Below, in pieces: positions 1-5,900 of a stretch of 7,832 nt of DNA. This DNA is from a virus (Duplodnaviria; Heunggongvirae; Uroviricota; Caudoviricetes): positions 1-7,832 of the IMG/VR virus record IMGVR_UViG_2534682222_000010; one strand, written 5' to 3'. The notes beneath the pieces are model-generated. The model saw only the letters and a list, made by a program, of their open reading frames with translations, was not told the DNA's origin and made no database searches. The first letter of the stretch is position 1; each line of letters begins with the position of its first letter. Both the position numbers and the translations under genes were made by a program.

Positions 1-484
1 GGTATGTGAGAATGTCAGCAATAGTATTTTTACCGATAATGTCACGTCCAACAGAAGTTAAATCAGTCTGCGCAGCTGTATCAGTTCCAGTGAAATACGG
101 TAATTTATTTGCTGCGCCCACTAACGCGGCTAACGCCGTCAATGTAGGATTCAGCGGCTGGAAGTTCCCAAGGATGTAGGACAGCGTTCCGGCCGTCATC
201 ATGTTTGCCGCAATGTCATTTGCTGACCACGCTCGTGGGACAGTTCCTTCCTGCCCACGCTGAATAGTAAAGACATCACCAGCCCGGGCAGTAACATGAA
301 CAATCTCCGTAAGAGAACCGGTTGTAGCATCAATCAGCGTCAGCTTAAAGAAACTTGTGCCTGATACCGGAGAAGGAAATAGTGCACCAGTTCCGGTATT
401 TAGTGTCAACGATGTTGCTGAGGCGCTAATGCCAGCCGCCAGAACGCTTTGAGCATTGTTAGCAGCTAAAAGTTGAAGTGCCAT
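1..484 (-). CDS. Phage tail fibre protein, N-terminal 161 codons (gene continues beyond window start)
   Basis: Minus-strand ATG at 484..482, preceded by GGAGGA (493..488) with a 3-nt spacer. Hand translation MALQLLAANNAQSVLAAGISASATSLTLNTGTGALFPSPVSGTSFFKLTLIDATTGSLTEIVHVTARAGDVFTIQRGQEGTVPRAWSANDIAANMMTAGTLSYILGNFQPLNPTLTALAALVGAANKLPYFTGTDTAAQTDLTSVGRDIIGKNTIADILTY is open to position 1. The stretch TLTALAAL..NKLPYF..VGRDI..KN..AD is a motif I recall from enterobacterial prophage side tail fibre proteins. Absent from the ORF track because it is truncated by the window edge. Confidence 0.75.
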   Translation of the reverse strand, partial: MALQLLAANNAQSVLAAGISASATSLTLNTGTGALFPSPVSGTSFFKLTLIDATTGSLTEIVHVTARAGDVFTIQRGQEGTVPRAWSANDIAANMMTAGTLSYILGNFQPLNPTLTALAALVGAANKLPYFTGTDTAAQTDLTSVGRDIIGKNTIADILTY

Positions 485-505
485 TTATCCTCCGGGATTC
501 GGGCA

Positions 506-534
506 ATAAAAAACCCGCCGAAGCGGGTTTGGTT
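506..534 (-). terminator. Intrinsic terminator downstream of ant (possibly bidirectional)
   Basis: Perfect 6-bp stem ACCCGC (513..518) / GCGGGT (523..528) with a CGAA loop. On the minus strand the hairpin is followed by TTTTTTAT; on the plus strand only by TTGGTT, so it is stronger for the minus strand. Confidence 0.6.
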
Positions 535-542
535 AACGATTT

Positions 543-1517
543 TTAGTTAATTACGAATTCTGCTTTAGCGCCGCGGAAGGAGATTGTTTTGTTTCCTGCC
601 CGCCGGCAAGCATCAGCAATTGCTTTCATGCCATATTCAATATTTGCCAGATGACTTCTCATTGCTACGATTTCAGCCTTAGGCGCTGATACGTCAAACC
701 CTGCCGCCTCAAGAATACTGATCAAGCGAATGGCGGACGATGTTGAATTGTCGCCACAGAGCATAGGCATAGTGACGTCCAGGGCAGGTGCACACATTGA
801 CTTTCCGAATGACAGGTTGCCACTGCGAACCACCGGATTGTTGTCAATCCACCACTGGAGAGGAAGGTTTACGTCAAACTTCGGTGTAGGGAGCGCCTCT
901 TGCTTTCCAAGAAACTCGCCTTCAATCGGTACGCGCGCCGCAATAGATAGCGCTTCGGTAAACTGGTCGTCGCTGATTTCTTTGTAGCTGCAACCAAAGT
1001 GGGATTTCAGTGATGACCACATAGTGATCATTGCCTTGGCCTGACAATCTTTCGGCAGTGCTTTACCACGGGTCATTACCAGTTGTTTGATCGCCTCCTG
1101 CTGCTCGGGAGTGATTTTACCTGGTAATGCCTTTTTCGCCTTGCGTGGGTTTTTGACCTCGCCTTTAGTCCAGTATTCGTAAAGCACATCGTCGCACTCC
1201 TCCTGATAGCGAATGACGTTATCGCGAATTCCTGGCCGTACTTTGTTAGGGCTGATGGTTTGGAGCCAGCCATTCAGTTTGCGTAACGCAAGGCAAAGCA
1301 TGGTTTGTTTACCCCCTTTCGTAGGGATCATGATTTCCATGACCCCTTTAGCAAACCGTGATTTCAGCTTATCGACCTGACCTTGATAGGTTAATCCCAT
1401 GCCATCAATAATTGGGCGCATTGGGGTATAAGCCTCACCGTTGTGCTCTACCACGAAAAGAGAATTTCCATAGAAAGGCACGTTGATTGTACGATCTGCA
1501 ATTGCTAAACTATTCAT
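543..1517 (-). CDS. ant: Phage antirepressor (Ant-like), 324 aa
   Basis: Part of track ORF 543..1607, but I place the start at ATG 1517..1515 (MNSLAIADRTINVPF...), which has AAGGA 7 nt upstream. The track start at 1607 lies inside the arc coding sequence in another frame and has no spacer after its purine run. The N-terminal half resembles the AntA/Rha-type antirepressor domain from memory. Location immediately downstream of an Arc homologue and divergent from an Mnt-like gene matches P22 immI. Confidence 0.75.
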   Translation of the reverse strand: MNSLAIADRTINVPFYGNSLFVVEHNGEAYTPMRPIIDGMGLTYQGQVDKLKSRFAKGVMEIMIPTKGGKQTMLCLALRKLNGWLQTISPNKVRPGIRDNVIRYQEECDDVLYEYWTKGEVKNPRKAKKALPGKITPEQQEAIKQLVMTRGKALPKDCQAKAMITMWSSLKSHFGCSYKEISDDQFTEALSIAARVPIEGEFLGKQEALPTPKFDVNLPLQWWIDNNPVVRSGNLSFGKSMCAPALDVTMPMLCGDNSTSSAIRLISILEAAGFDVSAPKAEIVAMRSHLANIEYGMKAIADACRRAGNKTISFRGAKAEFVIN

Positions 1518-1589
1518 TGTTAGTTCCTTGGTAGTTACTGACAAATTTGAAGCCCTGACTGTTGCTGCAGTTGGGGCTTCGTCGTTTCT
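1518..1589 (+). ncRNA. Candidate sar-like antisense RNA covering the ant ribosome-binding site
   Basis: Plus-strand candidate promoter inside the 5' end of ant: -35 TTGATT (1483..1488), 17-bp spacer, TG-extended -10 TGcTAAACT (1503..1511), predicted start near 1518. About 70 nt downstream is a hairpin plus U-rich tail (see terminator 1549..1589). The transcript would be complementary to the ant SD (1525..1529) and the arc-ant spacer. Inferred by analogy with P22 sar; not demonstrated. Confidence 0.3.
1549..1589 (+). terminator. Candidate intrinsic terminator for the antisense transcript
   Basis: Stem GAAGCCC (1549..1555) / GGGCTTC (1574..1580), with an inner ACTG/CAGT pairing (1558..1561 / 1568..1571), followed on the plus strand by GTCGTTTCT. 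On the minus strand it is followed by AAATTTG, so it is not a terminator in the mRNA direction. Confidence 0.35.
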
Positions 1590-1749
1590 ATGCCTTAATA
1601 AATCCATCTTCTTTCAAGCTCCTTTCTATACGTTTAATCACCTCACTGTTTACCGAGCGCCCCTCTTCTTTTGCTGCTTTCTTCAGGATTTCCTTCAGTG
1701 CATCAGGGAACCGAATGCCTGTTGGAGGGATGTTTCTTGCGTTGTGCAT
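1588..1749 (-). CDS. arc: Arc-like ribbon-helix-helix repressor, 53 aa (not in ORF track)
   Basis: Minus-strand ATG at 1749..1747 with AGGAGA (1760..1755) 5 nt upstream; TAG stop at 1590..1588. Hand translation MHNARNIPPTGIRFPDALKEILKKAAKEEGRSVNSEVIKRIERSLKEDGFIKA. Same length as P22 Arc and, from my memory of that sequence, shares the EEGRSVNSE core and C-terminal KEDG.I.A pattern. Sits directly upstream of ant as in P22. Confidence 0.85.
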   Translation of the reverse strand: MHNARNIPPTGIRFPDALKEILKKAAKEEGRSVNSEVIKRIERSLKEDGFIKA

Positions 1750-1771
1750 ATCATTCTCCTACTCAAAAAAA

Positions 1772-1784
1772 CTACATTATGTAG
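1772..1784. promoter_or_regulatory. Operator candidate 1: perfect 13-bp palindrome CTACAT-T-ATGTAG
   Basis: 6-bp arms around one central base. Embedded in a 17-bp unit ACTACATTATGTAGATT (1771..1787) that recurs exactly at 1828..1844. Lies just downstream of the candidate -10 of the arc-ant promoter, at the predicted transcript start. Confidence 0.6.
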
Positions 1785-1788
1785 ATTT

Positions 1789-1837
1789 ATAATTACAGCA
1801 TGTGTCTATTGCGTCAAGCACTTTTCGACTACATTAT
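1789..1837. promoter_or_regulatory. Candidate divergent, overlapping promoters (Pant-like on minus strand, Pmnt-like on plus strand)
   Basis: Minus strand: -35 TTGACG (1817..1812), 17-bp spacer, -10 AATTAT (1794..1789). Plus strand: -35 TTGCGT (1809..1814), 17-bp spacer, -10 CATTAT (1832..1837). The two -35 hexamers overlap on opposite strands. A perfect plus-strand TATAAT also sits at 1788..1793 but has no good -35. Hexamer assignments are by eye and uncertain. Confidence 0.3.
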
Positions 1838-1841
1838 GTAG
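1829..1841. promoter_or_regulatory. Operator candidate 2: identical 13-bp palindrome CTACAT-T-ATGTAG
   Basis: Second exact copy, centre 57 bp from the first. Overlaps the candidate -10 (CATTAT, 1832..1837) of the plus-strand promoter for the Mnt-like gene and lies upstream of the -35 of the minus-strand promoter. Confidence 0.6.
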
Positions 1842-1864
1842 ATTGTTGATTCTGAGGATGTAGC

Positions 1865-2197
1865 ATGAAAGGTGCCAGCTTGATAGCCCCGCTCGGGGTG
1901 AGGATCCCTGAAGATTTAAAGGAAAAAATCCAAGCCCAAGCAAAGGAAAACGGACGGTCGACTAACGCTGAAATCGTTCAAATACTCGAAAGTTCGTTTT
2001 CAAAGCTTGATGAAGGTGAAAACAATCGTTCGAATGAAACTTCAGGCCATTATCAATACTTACTGAGTATGAAGGATGAAATTATTGAGGCACAAAAGGA
2101 AACTATATCTCACATGGAAAACACTATAAATAGCCTCAGCGAGCACATTAACATTCTGAAAGATCATGTTGAGTTTTTGAAGAATAAGTACAAATAG
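1865..2197 (+). CDS. Mnt-like ribbon-helix-helix repressor with C-terminal coiled-coil extension, 110 aa
   Basis: Track ORF 1865..2197. ATG at 1865 with GAGGA (1854..1858) 6 nt upstream. N-terminus LGVRIPEDLKEKIQAQAKENGRSTNAEIVQILESSF fits the Arc/Mnt/MetJ pattern (beta-strand, helix, NGRS turn, helix). The C-terminal ~50 residues look coiled-coil-like with heptad-spaced hydrophobics. Divergent from arc-ant, the position P22 mnt occupies. Confidence 0.7.
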   Translation: MKGASLIAPLGVRIPEDLKEKIQAQAKENGRSTNAEIVQILESSFSKLDEGENNRSNETSGHYQYLLSMKDEIIEAQKETISHMENTINSLSEHINILKDHVEFLKNKYK

Positions 2198-2202
2198 CAA
2201 AA

Positions 2203-2220
2203 AGCCCACTGAAGTGGGCT
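2203..2220. terminator. Bidirectional intrinsic terminator between convergent genes
   Basis: Stem AGCCCAC (2203..2209) / GTGGGCT (2214..2220) with a TGAA loop. Followed on the plus strand by TTGCGATTT and on the minus strand by TTTTTGC. Lies between the stop of the Mnt-like gene (2197) and the stop of the minus-strand exported-protein gene (2231). Confidence 0.6.
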
Positions 2221-2230
2221 TTGCGATTTA

Positions 2231-2686
2231 CTACCATTGTTTTTTTAAATCGTCTTCTGTCATTTTTAATCTAAAAATATCTTTATATTTTTTTATGTAA
2301 ACTTCAGGGGATGCCCTGCACTTCATTTGAAAGTTTTTATCAAAATACTCCGTATTTCTTTTTATTCCTTCAACGGCGTCATTTTTTATCAACTCTTTAA
2401 CAATCATTCTGTATTCATCATGTGGGATAAGTAATATGTCACCAATCATATGGTCTCCTGAATACTGACCACTTACAGCATCATTTGCTGCATTGATGAT
2501 AAGCAAGGATGATGCAAAGCACATATTGTAAATATTTAGATCCGTTGGTTTCAACCCTGATTTTTTAATTTCATTTAACATCATTGAGTATTCTTCTTGA
2601 TCATTGGTTGGTAATGGAGCCGCCAACCCAACATGAACAGTTGAGAAAAAATACAAAAAACATGTTATTCCTATTTTTTTTATCAT
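2231..2686 (-). CDS. Hypothetical small exported protein with N-terminal signal peptide, AT-rich moron
   Basis: Track ORF 2231..2692, but the codon at 2692..2690 is GTG; the first ATG is 2686..2684, giving MIKKIGITCFLYFFSTVHVGLA/APLPTNDQ... (151 aa). N-terminus has a basic start, hydrophobic core and small residues at -3/-1, consistent with a signal peptidase I site; no lipobox. Two Cys in the mature part. By inspection the gene is much more AT-rich than the flanking baseplate genes. I recognise no family. Confidence 0.55.
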   Translation of the reverse strand: MIKKIGITCFLYFFSTVHVGLAAPLPTNDQEEYSMMLNEIKKSGLKPTDLNIYNMCFASSLLIINAANDAVSGQYSGDHMIGDILLIPHDEYRMIVKELIKNDAVEGIKRNTEYFDKNFQMKCRASPEVYIKKYKDIFRLKMTEDDLKKQW

Positions 2687-2733
2687 GCCCACTAACCCAG
2701 GTTATAAATGACTCGGAAGATAAGCATAACAAT

Positions 2734-3438
2734 TCAACCAATGATAGTCACGCTAACGGGTTGATAAAATGGCATGTGTAGCAGGCCGCTGTCAAACGCC
2801 TGCTTGAACAACGAAGCATATTCGTAGTTCGTGCTTTTTATCAGCAGGATTTTCTTCTGGTTGAACACCTGTGAATTGTAGGAAAATTTGTTGAACATGG
2901 AGGCATCAGTGAGTTTCCTGTACCCTTTGATGATCGATATGCTCGCCCCAGAATCAGAAAACAGAACCGAAATGCTCCACCTCTGATCGTTAACGACGTC
3001 TACGCCATCAACCCCTGTAAGAAACCTCATTATCCGGCGCTTTAACCATGGAATGGTGAAGTAATACCCGTCACCTTTATAGAAATTCCACGTCATGATT
3101 CGCTTAAACAGATCGTCTGAAACGACAACCTGCTCTGACTGATTAACCACCTTTCGCCCATTGAATGGCAACTGGTTGAACAGAACGGCGTTGTACGGGC
3201 CGAAAACGGATTGCTTTCCACTGACCAGCACCGGCGGCTTAACGCCATAAATCCCGCGGGCAATCCATTTTAACTGGTCACCAGCATTATACCCACCGAC
3301 AAAGATCGGAAGGTTGGCATTAATCATCCATGAATAAATTTCCTGAGCCATGGTATTATACGCAGTGACGAAGGCCTGTAGATCATCGTCGTCGTTATAC
3401 TGCGTATACAGATATGATTTAATTATATCTTCCAGCAT
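2734..3438 (-). CDS. Phage tail/baseplate protein, DUF2612 / gpI-like position (234 aa)
   Basis: Track ORF 2734..3456 starts on TTG; the first ATG is 3438..3436, one nucleotide after the TAA stop of the upstream gene (3442..3440). Lies directly after the baseplate-J-like gene, as in Mu-type and P2-type baseplate modules. Family call is from memory of DUF2612-type tail proteins. Confidence 0.55.
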   Translation of the reverse strand: MLEDIIKSYLYTQYNDDDDLQAFVTAYNTMAQEIYSWMINANLPIFVGGYNAGDQLKWIARGIYGVKPPVLVSGKQSVFGPYNAVLFNQLPFNGRKVVNQSEQVVVSDDLFKRIMTWNFYKGDGYYFTIPWLKRRIMRFLTGVDGVDVVNDQRWSISVLFSDSGASISIIKGYRKLTDASMFNKFSYNSQVFNQKKILLIKSTNYEYASLFKQAFDSGLLHMPFYQPVSVTIIG

Positions 3439-3439
3439 G

Positions 3440-4858
3440 TTATATCCCGTCGACAATTACCCCATTTGAGGCCATGTACCAGTAACTATATGGGTCACCG
3501 CTGATTATATTCGTACCGGCGTCAACGCCTGTGATAACGCCGTTCACAGTCACAATAACATTCAGGGTCGAGATCAGGCTCATATCGAGCGTGCTGTTAA
3601 TCGCCTGAAGAAAGACATCTTTGACGTTATTTATATTCATCGGCTTTCCTGCGAATATCCCGTTTACATAATTGATTACCGGTTGCGTCACCAGAGAGGC
3701 TATTGTCGCGTCTGTCAGGTAGTTCGCGCTTTCGGTTGCCCACTGAAACTTGATAGTCACCAGTTGCTGAAATGGTATAACAAACGGTATCAGGTAGTTA
3801 TCTGGCCAGTCGTTGACCGTAACCACATTATTCCTCAGGTTCGGCGTAACTATTCCACCACCAGTCCATGCGCCTGACGAGGTGGTATTGATGCCTATTG
3901 AGAAAGTGTGTGGACTTAACACGGTTATAGTGAGAGGGACGTTATTAATCCCGCTCATGCCGGTAACACCTGCGATATTAATTACCTGGCCAGAGCTGAA
4001 TCCGTGCGTGATGTCGGTCGTTACTACTCCTGGGTTCGCATTGGTGATCCCGGTGACGTTCAGGTCAGTCCCTTTTAGCCTGCTGATGTCGCCGGCTGAC
4101 TTATAAATGGCCCCGGCCATCTCATAGATATCGCCGCCGCCACACATAACAATCCAGGCATTACCGCTCTGAACAACGGAAACCAGACGAGCCTGGACAT
4201 TACTCAGGTCTGTCAATTTCTGGCGGATAAAGCCTGGATATCCCTGAACAGTCGACATCTGAGCTTCCCAGACGCGCTCGCGAAATTCGAAGTTAGTTTC
4301 AGGCGCACCACCTGGGGTGCCAGCAACCGGGTTGGTGCAGGTCAGAGTAATGCCAGACGGCAGGCTGGTCAGTATCTGATTAACCGATCCTACCGGTACA
4401 GCCCACGAACCAGTGTTTGTTGCAATGGCTGTTACCATCGAACTGACACCGGAAGACAGCACCACTGTCGCATCGGCGATCTGGTAGGTATACGTGCCAT
4501 CGCTGACCAGAAACCCCTGTGACACTACGAAGCCGACCGGGCCCTCAAACACGACAGGTACAGTTGTCGCCCCCTGAGTTTTTTGTTCGCTGATACCTGA
4601 CTGCTGGGCCAGAAGGTTCAGCATGTACATATTGGCTTTCAGCGGGCCTACGGAGTTGATGAGGTCGACACGAATCTGATCGGCAATGAGTAGCGCGCCA
4701 ACATCGGTACCGACGATATCCTCGATAAGTGATCCGGGGAGGTCCGTAGTGATGCCTGGTGATAATTCTGTGGCTCTTGAAACTAAGTCGGCGCGCAGCT
4801 CTTCGGATGTTTTCGGCACTGGCCCGGCTGCGTCATAGCTAACGGACAAATCACTCAT
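3440..4858 (-). CDS. Baseplate J-like protein (472 aa)
   Basis: Track ORF with ATG at 4858..4856 overlapping the upstream stop as ATGA. Size and position (after a ~110-aa gene, before the gpI-like gene and tail fibre) fit baseplate wedge protein J of Mu (gp47) or P2 (gpJ). Assigned by overall resemblance and synteny; unverified. Confidence 0.65.
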   Translation of the reverse strand: MSDLSVSYDAAGPVPKTSEELRADLVSRATELSPGITTDLPGSLIEDIVGTDVGALLIADQIRVDLINSVGPLKANMYMLNLLAQQSGISEQKTQGATTVPVVFEGPVGFVVSQGFLVSDGTYTYQIADATVVLSSGVSSMVTAIATNTGSWAVPVGSVNQILTSLPSGITLTCTNPVAGTPGGAPETNFEFRERVWEAQMSTVQGYPGFIRQKLTDLSNVQARLVSVVQSGNAWIVMCGGGDIYEMAGAIYKSAGDISRLKGTDLNVTGITNANPGVVTTDITHGFSSGQVINIAGVTGMSGINNVPLTITVLSPHTFSIGINTTSSGAWTGGGIVTPNLRNNVVTVNDWPDNYLIPFVIPFQQLVTIKFQWATESANYLTDATIASLVTQPVINYVNGIFAGKPMNINNVKDVFLQAINSTLDMSLISTLNVIVTVNGVITGVDAGTNIISGDPYSYWYMASNGVIVDGI

Positions 4859-5187
4859 ACGTTCACCGTTGTGATAATTTTAGAACCGGCGTTCGTAATC
4901 GCCGAAATGTTGTATACAGGCGGATCATCACTCACAATGGCGATCTGCAGCGATGAAAAATACGGACTAAATTGCCGCTGAAGCCTGTCGACATAGTAGG
5001 TAGGCAGCACCTGCTGAATAACAGAGCTCTGGGACGGTATGCCGTTGTTTGCAAAAAATGGTGACTCCTGCGGAGCCAGCTTGAGGTTCTGGATCAGCGT
5101 CGTCAGATAAATAGAATCATTGAAGCCGTTTTCATCCGGCACCACCAGCACCCACTTGCCATTTGCATCTCTTCCGTAGGTTCTCAT
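4855..5187 (-). CDS. Small baseplate protein in the gp25/gpW-equivalent position (110 aa)
   Basis: Track ORF; ATG at 5187..5185 overlaps the upstream stop (ATGA) and its own stop overlaps the next start. I do not see a clear gp25 signature in the sequence, so the call is positional only. Confidence 0.4.
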   Translation of the reverse strand: MRTYGRDANGKWVLVVPDENGFNDSIYLTTLIQNLKLAPQESPFFANNGIPSQSSVIQQVLPTYYVDRLQRQFSPYFSSLQIAIVSDDPPVYNISAITNAGSKIITTVNV

Positions 5188-5900
5188 TGCGTGATATTCC
5201 CGTTGAAAGTGGTGGTCGGGGCGCCAGTGTTTGAACCGCCATTCCCGTTTGTATGCTGATGGTTATTCAACCATGCGACCAGAGCTGCCCAGCCGGTATG
5301 CATAATCTCCGGGCTGGTGCTGGCGGTTGAATCCTGTAACTTCCCGCTCTGTCCTGTGATGCTCCACATTCCCTGGGTAAGGGTTAGAACGGTGCTACCG
5401 ACAGTGACCTTAAACAAATCGACGGCCGCAATCGTCACGCTGTCCGGAGTTAACAGAAACGTCGTGTTGCTTCCCTGGTCCCTGATAGTTACGCCCTCAG
5501 GTCCGTAGATAGTGACAACATTCCCGTCTACGGCTTCCCATTCAGTGTTGCTGATCGGCAGGTATACCAGGGCGCTAAGGTTGGCTGGAGGGGTCAGGTC
5601 GGCGATACCACCGCCCTGCCCGCTGACGCCGCCGAGATAGGTGTCGGCAGGAATAACAATGCCTTTATCACCCGGCTGCATCGGATAGCGGATGTACTGT
5701 GGACCAAAAAGCGGAATGGTGACATTCGGGAAAACATATGGGGTGTCGTGCAACTCGAAGGCCACGGTGACCATATTGCCATTCTGCTCAACAATGCTGG
5801 CGGGCAGGATTTTCCCGGCAGCCTGGAACGCCTCATTAAATTTCTGCTCCGCGAATCGGTTCATGTTCCGGCCGAAATTAAGCTTCTGGTCAACACTCAT
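5184..5900 (-). CDS. Baseplate central spike-like protein (gpV/gp45/Gp138-like), 238 aa
   Basis: Track ORF; ATG at 5900..5898 overlaps the upstream stop (ATGA). Position between the hub-like and small wedge-like genes; Gly/Thr/Asn-rich C-terminus typical of spike tips. Family call from memory and synteny. Confidence 0.45.
   Translation of the reverse strand: MSVDQKLNFGRNMNRFAEQKFNEAFQAAGKILPASIVEQNGNMVTVAFELHDTPYVFPNVTIPLFGPQYIRYPMQPGDKGIVIPADTYLGGVSGQGGGIADLTPPANLSALVYLPISNTEWEAVDGNVVTIYGPEGVTIRDQGSNTTFLLTPDSVTIAAVDLFKVTVGSTVLTLTQGMWSITGQSGKLQDSTASTSPEIMHTGWAALVAWLNNHQHTNGNGGSNTGAPTTTFNGNITQ

Noticed and set aside
491-503. Possible second hairpin TCCGGGATTCGGG next to the tail-fibre RBS
   Set aside because: The arms are not properly complementary (CCGGG versus CGGG does not form a clean stem). 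This stretch is better explained as the SD region of the tail-fibre gene.
730-1273. Track ORFs 730..987 (+, 85 aa) and 1076..1273 (-, 65 aa) inside ant
   Set aside because: Both lie entirely within the ant coding region on the opposite strand or in an alternate frame, have no convincing RBS and low-complexity, Arg/Ser-rich products. Typical shadow ORFs.
1518-1607. Track start of the 354-aa ORF at ATG 1607..1605 (MDLLRHRNDEAPTAATVRASNLSVTTKELT-MNSL...)
   Set aside because: The extension overlaps the arc coding sequence in a different frame, has no spacer between the purine run and the ATG, and the internal ATG at 1517 has a good AAGGA SD. The extension is most likely an in-frame read-through artefact.
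1788-1793. Perfect plus-strand TATAAT as the -10 of the mnt-like promoter
   Set aside because: No acceptable -35 at 17 +/- 1 bp upstream (the sequence there is an A-run). It coincides with the minus-strand -10 region, so it is probably the Pant -10 read on the other strand. Not excluded as a weak alternative promoter.
1483-1863. Track plus-strand ORFs 1483..1863 (126 aa) and 1562..1792 (76 aa)
   Set aside because: They run antisense across arc and the operator/promoter region. The products are Cys/Phe/Leu-rich nonsense typical of antisense frames. This space is better explained by arc, the operators and the candidate antisense RNA.
2687-2692. Track start of the exported-protein ORF at 2692 (MGM...)
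   Set aside because: The codon at 2692..2690 is GTG, not ATG. The first ATG is at 2686..2684 and gives a more typical signal-peptide N-terminus (MIKK...). Kept as an alternative start only.
2693-2733. Dedicated promoter for the exported-protein gene in the 41-bp gap after the gpI-like gene
   Set aside because: TTGTTA and TATAAC-like hexamers are present on the minus strand, but their spacing (about 20 bp) is outside the usual range. Expression by read-through from the baseplate operon is equally plausible, so no promoter is called.
2584-2781. Track plus-strand ORF 2584..2781 (65 aa) spanning the junction between the exported-protein gene and the gpI-like gene
   Set aside because: Antisense to two well-supported minus-strand genes, with no RBS; shadow ORF.
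3439-3456. Track start of the gpI-like ORF at 3456, overlapping the J-like gene by 17 nt
   Set aside because: The codon at 3456..3454 is TTG. The ATG at 3438..3436 lies one nucleotide after the J-like stop and fits the coupling pattern seen at every other junction in the operon.
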